From: a bacterium
Lineage (GTDB): Bacteria; Patescibacteriota; Patescibacteriia; UBA9570
Direction: 5' to 3'
DNA length: 64,000 nucleotides
NCBI GenBank assembly: GCA_030698395.1
Contig: JAUYKW010000001.1
Location: 29,735 to 93,734 of the forward strand
In this document: piece by piece, positions 52,068-61,293 of the stretch
Layout of the letters: each line of letters opens with the position of its first letter
How positions within the stretch are numbered: position 1 is the first letter of the stretch
The notes under the pieces: generated by a model
Databases searched by the model: none
What the model saw: the letters and a program-made list of their open reading frames with translations, nothing else
What the model was told of the DNA's origin: nothing
Program-made: the position numbers and the translations under genes

Positions 52068-52538
52068 ATGGAAGAAGAAAAAATCAAGAAAGTATCTATC
52101 ATTTGTTCTAAAGGTTCTCTAGAAGGAGTATACCCAGCATTAATATTAGCCAATGGTGCGCGGATGGAAGGTATTGAAGCATCAATATTCTTCACCTTCT
52201 TTGGCTTAGATGCTATCACTAAAAAAAGGATGGGTAACATAAAAGTTTCCACAGTTGGAAATCCAGGAATGCACATTCCAACAGTAGTAGGATCAATCCC
52301 CGGCATGTCTGCAATGGCTACTGCGATGATGAAGAAAACTATCGCAGGCATAGACATCCCTCCAATTGATGAATTTATCGAAATGATTCATGAAGCTGGC
52401 GGTAAACTTTATGGCTGCAAAGCTTCAGTAGATATGTTCAAGCTAACCAAAGACGATTTCTGCGAACAAGTAGAAAAAATTCTTACAGTAGGTGAATTTT
52501 ACGAGATGTCAGCCGGAGCTCAAATAATCTTTACCTAA
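52068..52538 (+). CDS. DsrE/DsrF/DrsH-like sulfurtransferase
   Basis: IFFTFFGL, LYGCKASVDMF. Confidence 0.88.
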   Translation: MEEEKIKKVSIICSKGSLEGVYPALILANGARMEGIEASIFFTFFGLDAITKKRMGNIKVSTVGNPGMHIPTVVGSIPGMSAMATAMMKKTIAGIDIPPIDEFIEMIHEAGGKLYGCKASVDMFKLTKDDFCEQVEKILTVGEFYEMSAGAQIIFT

Positions 52539-52573
52539 TCGCTCCAGATCTAACAGCAAATCTCTGTATTCAT

Positions 52574-53563
52574 ATGAATAATTGGCAGACATTCTTTAAA
52601 CACGATCCAATTAAGCCTTTGCTGGCATCAAACATAAATGCAATTATTTATTTCACCAAGAAAGATTTATTAGAAGAAAAGGTTGCTCCAATAAAAACTT
52701 TATGGGAGGAAAAACCTGCTCAATCGATAATTAGAAGACAGCTAGCAAATGGATCATGGAAATATCCCAATCCAAAAGCTGGACTAAGAAGTGCTACAAA
52801 TGATAATCGATTAGAAAAATATCGCCAGCTTGGTTTCTTAGTAGAGAAATATGGCTTCAACCGAAAACATATTTCAATCCAAAAAACTGCTAATTATTTA
52901 TTATCCTTTCAAACAAAAGAAGGTGACATTCGTGGTATCTATGGAAACCAATACACACCAAATTATGCAGCTGCCATCACTAAATTGTTAGTTAAAGCTG
53001 GCTACGAAAAAGATGCCCGCATAATAAAAATGTATGAATGGCTACTTGAATGCAGACAAAATGATAGTGGTTGGGCCTTACCTTTCCGAAAAGAAAAAAC
53101 TACTTTAAATGCTATCCAGCAACCAAAAACTATTGCCTTCGATCCAACTAAACCATCTTCACATCTAATCACCGGAATCGTCCTCCGCGCATTAGCTGCT
53201 CACCATATTTACCGCAAATCTTCAGCTGCTAAACAAGCAATGGAGTTATTGATTTCAAGATTCTTTCAACGTGATAAATATATTGATAGACAGGCCGTAG
53301 AATACTGGACAAGATTCGCCTATCCTTTATGGCAAACTGAAATACTATCCGCATTAGATTCAATTTCTAAAATAAATCCTAAAAATACAGAACCAAATGT
53401 AGAAAAAGCTCTAGCATGGTTTCAATCACATCAAAATAACAATGGTTTATTTAATGCAAAAACCACAATGGGAAATCAACAAGAAAGTTCATTTTGGATA
53501 TCGTTAGCTATTTGCCGAGTAATAAAAAGAATTATTGAAGCTAACCCTAGACTACTAACATAA
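52574..53563 (+). CDS. Prenyltransferase/squalene-oxidase repeat (alpha/alpha barrel) protein
   Basis: QW-like motifs QLANGSW, QTKEG, QNDSGW, QNNNGL. Confidence 0.7.
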   Translation: MNNWQTFFKHDPIKPLLASNINAIIYFTKKDLLEEKVAPIKTLWEEKPAQSIIRRQLANGSWKYPNPKAGLRSATNDNRLEKYRQLGFLVEKYGFNRKHISIQKTANYLLSFQTKEGDIRGIYGNQYTPNYAAAITKLLVKAGYEKDARIIKMYEWLLECRQNDSGWALPFRKEKTTLNAIQQPKTIAFDPTKPSSHLITGIVLRALAAHHIYRKSSAAKQAMELLISRFFQRDKYIDRQAVEYWTRFAYPLWQTEILSALDSISKINPKNTEPNVEKALAWFQSHQNNNGLFNAKTTMGNQQESSFWISLAICRVIKRIIEANPRLLT

Positions 53564-53569
53564 TTATAT

Positions 53570-54019
53570 ATGAGTTACGAAAGAAAAATTGATAAAAAAA
53601 AGAAAGATCCTAAACAAGATGTGTGGCAAGCTTATATGAATGATTTTGTTTCAAGTATAGAAGCAGAACTTACACCAGATGAGCTTGAAGAAGTTGCACA
53701 AGCAGAAAGTCGTATAGAAGCAGTATTTGATCTTGCCGTAACGAACACAGAAAGATTCAAAGATAAGTTAGCCGATATAATAAAACATATATACATATTA
53801 TCCAATACAATTATATTCAGCTATGCTCTTAATAATGGAATATTTATTGATAAAAACGGTGAAATTGTTGTTATTAAATCACAAACATTTGGAACTGATT
53901 TCACGGAAAAAACAAAGACAAGAAAACGCAATTTTACGTATGAAGTCTTAACTGGCCCGAATAAAGGTAAAATACTAGATAGTGATGAATATCCACTTTG
54001 GTCTCCAGCTGATAGATAA
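53570..54019 (+). CDS. Hypothetical protein
   Basis: 149-aa ORF, co-oriented 6 bp after the previous gene. Confidence 0.6.
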   Translation: MSYERKIDKKKKDPKQDVWQAYMNDFVSSIEAELTPDELEEVAQAESRIEAVFDLAVTNTERFKDKLADIIKHIYILSNTIIFSYALNNGIFIDKNGEIVVIKSQTFGTDFTEKTKTRKRNFTYEVLTGPNKGKILDSDEYPLWSPADR

Positions 54020-54073
54020 AAACTATCCGAAAAAAGACTTGTAAAAAGGAAAAATTATTGTACACTACACTGG

Positions 54074-54724
54074 ATGAAATACAACTTAAAAAATGAACTA
54101 CTTAAAATTAAAAAAGGGATATTCTTATTAGATAAGATTGCAGTTGTTTTAGTATTTACTTTATTAGGTATTTTCAGTCCGGAATATGTTGTAATGGTTG
54201 CATACGCTGCAATTATCGGATATCTATTTATCAGTAAACGAAAAATCCTATTAAAACATCTCTGGGTTGCTACCGGCATATCAGTTATTTGGTTGCTGGT
54301 ATCAAAAAATCAATATGGTTATGCCGAAAATTACTTAACAGTATTTGGCTACAACCTATTTCCTTTGTTTACTCTGCCAATTGCATTACTAGGTATGTAT
54401 GTTGTTTATGCTCAAGCAGTGCGTTTGATATCTAATAAAACCGCTGTAAAAAAATCTTTATTATTTTTATCGATGTACTGGCCAGTTTTAATTATTGCCG
54501 AATTCATAGGATACAACTGGCTTAATATTCATAATCAAGCAACTGCCATGTATAGTGGCCTACCTTTTTGTAATTGTTTTCACGCACCACTCTGGATGCA
54601 AATAAGCTACTTCTCTTTTGGTCCATTATTCATGCTGGCCACATACCTCATTGGTATCAAAAATCCATATCTACCAGAGGTAGAGGCAGAACCAAGTATC
54701 ATCCCTCCAGCAAAGAACTTTTAA
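54074..54724 (+). CDS. Hypothetical membrane protein
   Basis: About 6 TM helices; CNCFHAP motif. Confidence 0.7.
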   Translation: MKYNLKNELLKIKKGIFLLDKIAVVLVFTLLGIFSPEYVVMVAYAAIIGYLFISKRKILLKHLWVATGISVIWLLVSKNQYGYAENYLTVFGYNLFPLFTLPIALLGMYVVYAQAVRLISNKTAVKKSLLFLSMYWPVLIIAEFIGYNWLNIHNQATAMYSGLPFCNCFHAPLWMQISYFSFGPLFMLATYLIGIKNPYLPEVEAEPSIIPPAKNF

Positions 54725-54726
54725 AC

Positions 54727-55389
54727 TTAAAATTTAAAAGGATTGAAGTTGGTATCTTTATCAAGATAATCAACTTTTTCAATTTGCTTCAACCAGTTTA
54801 CAATCCTGTATGTAACCGGCAATAATAAAACTTCAACTAACAACTTAAATACATAATTAGAAACAATCACAGTTATTAGTAATCCTGGTGAAAGTACTCC
54901 AGCAAATGCAATTAGCACAAACACGACTGTATCCAAGCCTTGACCAACAACAGTAGATCCAATTGCTCTTAACCAAAAACTTTTTCCTTCGCTCCAAACT
55001 TTTAATTTAGCTAATACAAAAGCATTGCTAAATTCCCCTAGCCAATATGCAATTAAGCTAGCAATCACAATTCGCGGAGTTAATCCTAAAATTGCATCGT
55101 AGGCATCTTGATATGGCCAATCGCCCGCTGCTGGCAACTTTCCAATAATTATAAAAGTAAGTGCCATTAATAAAGCACTGGCAAATCCAATCCAAATAAC
55201 TTTGCGCGATTGTTTGTATCCATAAACCTCAGTTAAGATATCACCAAATATATATGCTAATGGAAATAATAATGTTCCCCCATCAAATGTAAACCAAACA
55301 AAATCTATAATTTTTGTGGACGCAACATTCGATATTAATAATACCGCAACAAAGAGGCCAGTAATTGTACTAAAATGCTTATAATTCAT
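54727..55389 (-). CDS. yhhQ: Queuosine precursor transporter (YhhQ/Vut_1)
   Basis: LLISNVASTK, FPLAYIFGDILTEVYGY, STVVGQGLDT, DTNFNPF. Confidence 0.9.
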   Translation of the reverse strand: MNYKHFSTITGLFVAVLLISNVASTKIIDFVWFTFDGGTLLFPLAYIFGDILTEVYGYKQSRKVIWIGFASALLMALTFIIIGKLPAAGDWPYQDAYDAILGLTPRIVIASLIAYWLGEFSNAFVLAKLKVWSEGKSFWLRAIGSTVVGQGLDTVVFVLIAFAGVLSPGLLITVIVSNYVFKLLVEVLLLPVTYRIVNWLKQIEKVDYLDKDTNFNPFKF

Positions 55390-55419
55390 GATTGATTACT
55401 CTAATTATTTTATTATATA

Positions 55420-56670
55420 TTAATATCCAAATTCTTCGTAAGCAATATCATCTTTTGATACGCCTACGTCTTCTAACTGCTCCATCAATGCTTCTCTCAT
55501 AGCATCAGGACCACAGATAAAAAATTGTTTATTTGAAAATTCAGTTAAATGTTGTTGTAAAGTTTTTATCGTTAAATATCCAGCCGTAGCCTCACAAACT
55601 TCTAAATAATGAAAGTTCTTATGCGTAACTGCTAACTGCATAAAATCTTCATTAAATGCAAAGCTTGATTCATCCTTGGCGCAAAAAAATAAATGAATCT
55701 CTCTGTCCGGATAATTTTCTAATTCATGACTAATAATACTACGAAAAGGTGTAATTCCAATTCCACCTGCTATGAATACTAAAGGTGCCGTTGTATCTTT
55801 CACTACTTTATAAAGCGTTCCATAAGCACCAGTGATAAACATATGATTATCTTTTTTTAAATGAGACAATACTCTAGTAAAATTACCTACCACCTTAAAT
55901 GTTACCTCTGCACTATCCTCGTTTATACGTGATAATGACATTGGATGATTATCACCCATTCTGGAGACTCCAAGCATGACATATTGACCAGGTTCCCACA
56001 TTCTAAGTAATGTTGGCTTAACTGCAAATGTAATATTATAAATATTATCAGCTACTTTCCTATTGTCAATTATTCTTGATTTAAATGATAACCATTTTAA
56101 ATCAAAGAAAAATTTAGTTAACATCGCTACAGTACAAAAACTAAACAGAAAAATATAATAAATACCAGTTGGTGTTCTGAGTGGTAACGACACTAAGCCA
56201 TGAATAAAAATCATTACAAAAAACACATAGTTTAGATAATGTAACAAATTCCAGATCTCATAGTATTTCTTTCTAATAATATGAGATGCAATAACTGTTA
56301 GCACAAGCAATAGTAAGCTAATGGATCCTAAAGCAACTAACAGGCCATAACCACTAATAAATGGCAATACTACTGTCCAATCCTTATATAACATAGAAAC
56401 AGCCATAGGATGCAAAATAACCAAATACGCAGCAACTAAACCTAGAGTATTGTGTACTTTGCCCAACATATTTGGAGTAAACAAGCTACGTAAATATCCT
56501 TGTCTGAAACCAGATACAATTAACCATGCAAAGCTAATAAATGCTGCATCCGTGATCATTTTAGAGAATGTTTTTGCCGGCGTAGCGTAATCGTATAATA
56601 TACGAAAAAGTAACGGTGTATAAGAAACAGCTAATACTGTAAATCCCATAAAGTTATTCTCCTTTTTCAT
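55420..56670 (-). CDS. Ferric-reductase-like TM domain + FAD/NAD-binding oxidoreductase
   Basis: Paired His in TM helices; PGQY, HPMS, AGGIGITPF, CGP, EEF. Confidence 0.88.
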   Translation of the reverse strand: MKKENNFMGFTVLAVSYTPLLFRILYDYATPAKTFSKMITDAAFISFAWLIVSGFRQGYLRSLFTPNMLGKVHNTLGLVAAYLVILHPMAVSMLYKDWTVVLPFISGYGLLVALGSISLLLLVLTVIASHIIRKKYYEIWNLLHYLNYVFFVMIFIHGLVSLPLRTPTGIYYIFLFSFCTVAMLTKFFFDLKWLSFKSRIIDNRKVADNIYNITFAVKPTLLRMWEPGQYVMLGVSRMGDNHPMSLSRINEDSAEVTFKVVGNFTRVLSHLKKDNHMFITGAYGTLYKVVKDTTAPLVFIAGGIGITPFRSIISHELENYPDREIHLFFCAKDESSFAFNEDFMQLAVTHKNFHYLEVCEATAGYLTIKTLQQHLTEFSNKQFFICGPDAMREALMEQLEDVGVSKDDIAYEEFGY

Positions 56671-56744
56671 TAACTCATTTTAACAAATAAACAATATAGT
56701 GTATATTGAACGTAAGATAATCTATTAATTTATCTAAAAATATT

Positions 56745-57542
56745 ATGAACTCCGTTCAAAAAAGTTTATTCATACTAGCCATCGCAATCGGCATGATCGG
56801 CTGGATAATGTTCGGTTATCAATTCACCCAAACAGAGGAAACCGAAACAATAGTCACAAATGAAACAACGAATGAAGTCATGGAAGAAGCAGTAGAAGCT
56901 GAAGAAGAACTAACCTATGAACCAATTGAAAAATCATATATTGGAGAAACGATCCTTATGCCAGAACCAGATCTTGTAGGCACCGTGCCAGTAGAAACAG
57001 CTCTAGCAACCAGACGTAGTAATCGTAGTTTTAGCGAAACAGCCCTTACAACTAGTGAGCTTGGACAAATATTATGGTCAGCTCAAGGTATTACAAACGA
57101 AGAAACCGGCTATCGCACAGCACCATCAGCAAAAAGTATTTATCCTATTAACTTATATGTAGTAGTAAGAAACGTAGATGGTGTTGAACCTGGCCTCTAT
57201 CACTATATTCCGGCAGAACACGGCTTAAAACTACTCTTAGCAGGCAATAATCTACTGCTAGAGGACGATCAACAAGATAGTGTAAAGGCAGGTGCTGCGG
57301 TATTAGTATATGGAGCTATCTATCCAAAAATTCAAATTGATTTTGGTGTTGAGGGTGGCATTAAAGTAGCATTACAAGAAAGTGGTCATATTGGAGAAAA
57401 CATCTACTTGCAAGCAGAAGCATTAAATTTATCAACTGTCGTAGTAGGTGGTTTTAATCCAGTTGCTGTTCAAGAAGCTTTAATGCTAGCTGCAGACGAA
57501 ACCGTAATTTATCTACAACCATTAGGTCACGATGTTGAATAA
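56745..57542 (+). CDS. SagB/ThcOx-type nitroreductase with N-terminal membrane anchor
   Basis: RRSNRSF, ILWSAQG, RTAPSA, ESGHIGENIYLQAEAL. Confidence 0.88.
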   Translation: MNSVQKSLFILAIAIGMIGWIMFGYQFTQTEETETIVTNETTNEVMEEAVEAEEELTYEPIEKSYIGETILMPEPDLVGTVPVETALATRRSNRSFSETALTTSELGQILWSAQGITNEETGYRTAPSAKSIYPINLYVVVRNVDGVEPGLYHYIPAEHGLKLLLAGNNLLLEDDQQDSVKAGAAVLVYGAIYPKIQIDFGVEGGIKVALQESGHIGENIYLQAEALNLSTVVVGGFNPVAVQEALMLAADETVIYLQPLGHDVE

Positions 57543-58110
57543 GTTATTCCGTCTTGTTTTATCATTCTTTATAGTTTCAGGATTCATTTTTGGTTCTAAT
57601 ATAGCATATGGTCAAATAGATTCTGATTACTCAGCACGAGCATCTCGAGTATTCACTTTAGATGAATTAGCAGTTTTTGATGGCAGCGATGATCGACCAA
57701 CTTATGTTGGCTACAAAGATCTAATATATGATGTTTCTGATAGTCCTCTGTTTAAAGCAGGAGATCATTATGGACACTTATCTGGTAAAGATTTAACACC
57801 AAACATGGAAGGTGCTCCTCATGCAGACGAAGTATTTGTTGGTTTTGAAGTAGTAGGACGACTAACTCCATTAGAAATTGAGTTAATACCAGCCGATACT
57901 ACTAAAGAAGAATTCACAATATACAACCAAACCCCAGCAACTTGGCTCGCATACTTGTTGGCAATTCTTGTCATACTATATATAGCCAGTCGTTACATGA
58001 TTCCTGGATCCAATACCTACACCACTAAATTCTCAAAAATTCTTTTAAGTACAATTGCAACATTAATAATCCTAAACGCAGTTTTAGGCATATATCAAAA
58101 TATTCTCTAA
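57532..58110 (+). CDS. Cytochrome b5-like heme-binding membrane protein
   Basis: FTLDELAVFDG, IYDVS, H.GH.SGKDLT, APH. Confidence 0.85.
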   Translation: MLNKLFRLVLSFFIVSGFIFGSNIAYGQIDSDYSARASRVFTLDELAVFDGSDDRPTYVGYKDLIYDVSDSPLFKAGDHYGHLSGKDLTPNMEGAPHADEVFVGFEVVGRLTPLEIELIPADTTKEEFTIYNQTPATWLAYLLAILVILYIASRYMIPGSNTYTTKFSKILLSTIATLIILNAVLGIYQNIL

Positions 58111-58147
58111 AATCTGTTTAGAGCTAGATTCTAAACGAAGATTATGG

Positions 58148-58717
58148 TTAGTATTCAATACCTTGTCGAGCAGTGAATGAATCGTTATCGTAATAATGTT
58201 TTGTCGACTCCATTACAGTTACTAAATCAGCCATATTCAATAACACCGGATGAGCATCCCTACCAGTAATGATTGTTTCAATATTGTTATGCCGATCATC
58301 AAGAAAATCAATCACATCTGCTAATGGCACCAACTCAAGATTTACCGCAGTAATTAGTTCATCCAAGATTAAAACATCTGGTTGACTACGACGCATAACT
58401 TCACGAGCATAATTCAATCCCTGACTAGCAAAATATGCATCCACGGAATGTACATCATCTATAGATTGCAAATCATTCCTACCAAACTGAATAATTTCCA
58501 CATTATTACCAAGCTGTTGAACTGCTTTTAGCTCTCCTCTATCTTTATCTCCAGTTAAAAACTGAATCATAGTAACTTTGTGGTTCTGACCCGCAGCTCG
58601 TAATAACACTCCTAAAGCCGCTGAAGTTTTGCCCTTACCTTCTCCAGTATAAATATGTAAGTAACCTAGATTACGTTTTGAATTAAAATTATTTTCTGCC
58701 TTGGGATGAATAATCAT
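58148..58717 (-). CDS. cobO: Cob(I)yrinic acid a,c-diamide adenosyltransferase (CobO/BtuR type)
   Basis: IYTGEGKGKTSAALG, ILDE, IITGR, ARQGIEY. Confidence 0.9.
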   Translation of the reverse strand: MIIHPKAENNFNSKRNLGYLHIYTGEGKGKTSAALGVLLRAAGQNHKVTMIQFLTGDKDRGELKAVQQLGNNVEIIQFGRNDLQSIDDVHSVDAYFASQGLNYAREVMRRSQPDVLILDELITAVNLELVPLADVIDFLDDRHNNIETIITGRDAHPVLLNMADLVTVMESTKHYYDNDSFTARQGIEY

Positions 58718-59190
58718 GATTTTTTCTTTTTACTGCGTTTGGTCATTAATTTTTCAACTTCTTCTTGAAAAGTTATTAAATCTTCAAAATCCTGATAGAC
58801 AGATGCAAATCTGATGTAAGCAATTTTATCAATCTTTTTTAGATGCTTCATCACAATATCTCCAATCTTGCCTGAATCAATTATATCTGATTTTACCGCT
58901 AATTGCACATCTCGTTCAATAGCTGCTATTACTTTTTTTAACTTCTCTTCATCTTTTAATCTCTTTTGTAATGCAATATGTACACCCTGACTAATCTTCT
59001 CTGTTGAATATGGTTCTAGTTCACCACCACGTTTTTTTACCTTTAAATTCAAAATTTCTACTTGTTCTTTGGTAGAAAATCTAAAATCACACTTCGGACA
59101 TTGTCGCCGACGACGAATAGTTATGCCATCATCAGAAACTCGTGAATCCACTACTTTTGTATCATTATGAAGACATCCTGGACAATGCAT
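58714..59190 (-). CDS. nrdR: Transcriptional repressor NrdR
   Basis: CPGC...DTKVVDSR...RRRRQC..C Zn ribbon; AYIRFASVY. Confidence 0.96.
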   Translation of the reverse strand: MHCPGCLHNDTKVVDSRVSDDGITIRRRRQCPKCDFRFSTKEQVEILNLKVKKRGGELEPYSTEKISQGVHIALQKRLKDEEKLKKVIAAIERDVQLAVKSDIIDSGKIGDIVMKHLKKIDKIAYIRFASVYQDFEDLITFQEEVEKLMTKRSKKKKS

Positions 59191-59252
59191 TTGATTATAT
59201 AAAAGTTAGTATCAAATAATTAGGTAATGTAAATGCCTATTGAGTATACAAT

Positions 59253-59330
59253 AAAACCACCTATCAGTTAAGGTGGGGGGTTGGGCTGGGGATGGGAGTT
59301 TACGATAAATCGCTTACTCACCACCCCAGC
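59253..59330 (-). terminator. Bulged 3' hairpin followed by an intrinsic terminator
   Basis: gctgggg...ccccagc (59285-330), then ccacct/aggtgg (59257-76) plus a T run on the minus strand. Confidence 0.6.
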
Positions 59331-59345
59331 ACGACAACCATATAC

Positions 59346-59621
59346 TCAGGCAGCTGGCAACGGCCTTCTCAGCATGATAGCCAAGGAGTTCAGCCGCTCC
59401 CAGGACTCACGCCGCCACTTCACGTTGTCAGACTGGTAGTGCGTGTGCCAGTGCATCTGGAGCAACTGCTGTGCACCATCGCTGTGAATCGGCGCTTCCA
59501 GCGTTCGCAGGAACTCAACGGAAGTACGAGTACGAGTCCTGCCGTAACGCTTCACGAACTCGCGAGCCGTTTCGAGAATGGCATCAGGAGTACCAGGAGG
59601 GAAGAGATCGGACTGAGGCAT
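59346..59621 (-). CDS. GC-rich small hypothetical protein
   Basis: 91-aa ORF between an upstream promoter/leader hairpin and a downstream terminator on the same strand. Confidence 0.5.
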   Translation of the reverse strand: MPQSDLFPPGTPDAILETAREFVKRYGRTRTRTSVEFLRTLEAPIHSDGAQQLLQMHWHTHYQSDNVKWRRESWERLNSLAIMLRRPLPAA

Positions 59622-59686
59622 TGAACTTACCTTGTCTTGGTGGGATTTGAGGAGGGGTTCTGGAAGATGCCGGTTACATGGTTATC

Positions 59687-59825
59687 TATTTTCCGTATGA
59701 CAACCGTGTTAACTAGCTGTCTTAATGCAACATACAATACACTCAGTCGTTGCAAAAAAGCAGCTAATTAACAAGTATCAAATCATACAGAAAATACAAA
59801 ATAGCACAAAATAGGCATTTGTCAA
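59687..59825 (-). promoter_or_regulatory. Promoter plus ~110-nt rod-shaped 5' hairpin
   Basis: ttgaca-16-(TGn)tatttt; stems tattttctgtatga/tcatacggaaaata, tgttaattagctg/cagctagttaaca, tgcaac/gttgca. Confidence 0.7.
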
Positions 59826-59841
59826 TGGTATAGTACAACAA

Positions 59842-59879
59842 AAAAAGTAGATACAGGCCATAGCGTGTATCTACTTTTT
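59842..59879 (-). terminator. Intrinsic terminator after ftsZ
   Basis: aaaaagtagataca/tgtatctacttttt IR. Confidence 0.75.
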
Positions 59880-59894
59880 ACTATTACTATTTTC

Positions 59895-61061
59895 TTACAT
59901 CATCTTCTTTCTGATAAAAGCTGGCACTTCTAAATCTTCATCATCAGAATTATCAACTGGTTGTTCTTCCATGATGTTCTTATTACGGAATGATTTAGTC
60001 GCTGGAGCATTCATATCATCATCATTATCTACACTCTTCTTTGTAACGAATGGCACTGGTCTTACTGCTTCAATTTTTTTAGTAGATTTTCCGCCATTTG
60101 TAAATCCTGTAGCTACTACAGTAACTTTAACTTCATCTCCTAATGCATCATCTACAACAGAGCCAAAGATTACTTTAGCATTAGGATCTGCGGATTCTGT
60201 TATTATTCTAGCTGCTTCATTTACCTCATACATACCCAAGCTTGGTCCACCAGCAATAGTAAATAGAATGCCCTTTGCTCCATCAATATCCATTTCTAAT
60301 AACGGACTATCAATTGCTGCTTTAGCTGCTTCTATAGCTCTGCTTTCACCAGTTGCTCTGCCGATTCCCATTAATGCTGATCCAGCATCAGACATAACAG
60401 ATTTAACATCAGCGAAATCCACATTAATTAATCCAGGAATAGTGATTAAATCGGAAATACCTTGAACACCTTGAAACAGAACATCATCAACTGTTTGAAA
60501 AGCATCAAGTAATGATGTTTTCTTATCAATGATTTGTAACAAACGTTCGTTTGGAATTGTAATTAAAGTATCAACTCTGTCAGCCATTTCTCCCAATGCA
60601 GCATCAGCAATTTGTCCACGTTGAGCTCCTTCAAATAAAAATGGTTTTGTAACAACAGCAACAGTTAATGCTCCAGATTCACGCGCTAGTTCTGCAATTA
60701 TTGGCCCTGCTCCAGAACCAGTTCCACCACCTAAACCGCAAGTAATGAAAACCATATCAGCACCCTTTACTAGCTCAATCAATTCATCTTGTGACTCTTC
60801 AGCAGCCTTAGCTCCAACTACAGGATCCATACCAGCGCCAAGACCACGTGTTGTGCCCTGACCAATATGTATACGATGTTTTGCTGGACTATGATGTAAA
60901 GCTTGAGAATCTGTATTAACTACTATAAATTCTACTCCTTTTAAGCCACTATCGATCATTCTGGATACAGCAGATCCACCTGATCCACCAACTCCAACTA
61001 CTAATATTTTTGCGAATGTTTCGACATCTGGCTTTACCTCAGTATATTTTCCATTAGCCAT
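59895..61061 (-). CDS. ftsZ: Cell division protein FtsZ
   Basis: GGGTGSG tubulin motif, INVDFADV, EVPAFIRKK tail. Confidence 0.98.
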   Translation of the reverse strand: MANGKYTEVKPDVETFAKILVVGVGGSGGSAVSRMIDSGLKGVEFIVVNTDSQALHHSPAKHRIHIGQGTTRGLGAGMDPVVGAKAAEESQDELIELVKGADMVFITCGLGGGTGSGAGPIIAELARESGALTVAVVTKPFLFEGAQRGQIADAALGEMADRVDTLITIPNERLLQIIDKKTSLLDAFQTVDDVLFQGVQGISDLITIPGLINVDFADVKSVMSDAGSALMGIGRATGESRAIEAAKAAIDSPLLEMDIDGAKGILFTIAGGPSLGMYEVNEAARIITESADPNAKVIFGSVVDDALGDEVKVTVVATGFTNGGKSTKKIEAVRPVPFVTKKSVDNDDDMNAPATKSFRNKNIMEEQPVDNSDDEDLEVPAFIRKKMM

Positions 61062-61293
61062 AATTATTTACCTTAATTTAAAGTTAAAAAAACCTTTTAA
61101 AATCATAAATGCTTTATACAAATAGGAATATTACAGTGAAATTGTTTCAAAGTCAATACTTCTTGAATAAAAAAGGTATGCAACGACCTATATTAATCAA
61201 TAAAAATAGCATATTTATCAAACAAAAAATGTATTTTTTCAATACATTTAATGAATACAAATTGTATCCGGCCTATATTTACTAAGACATTTA

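Noticed and set aside
55390-55419. preQ1 riboswitch upstream of yhhQ
   Set aside because: Only 30 AT-rich bases with no aptamer motif
59292-59624. 110-aa + strand ORF
   Set aside because: Promoter, leader hairpin and terminator favour the minus-strand ORF; not fully excluded
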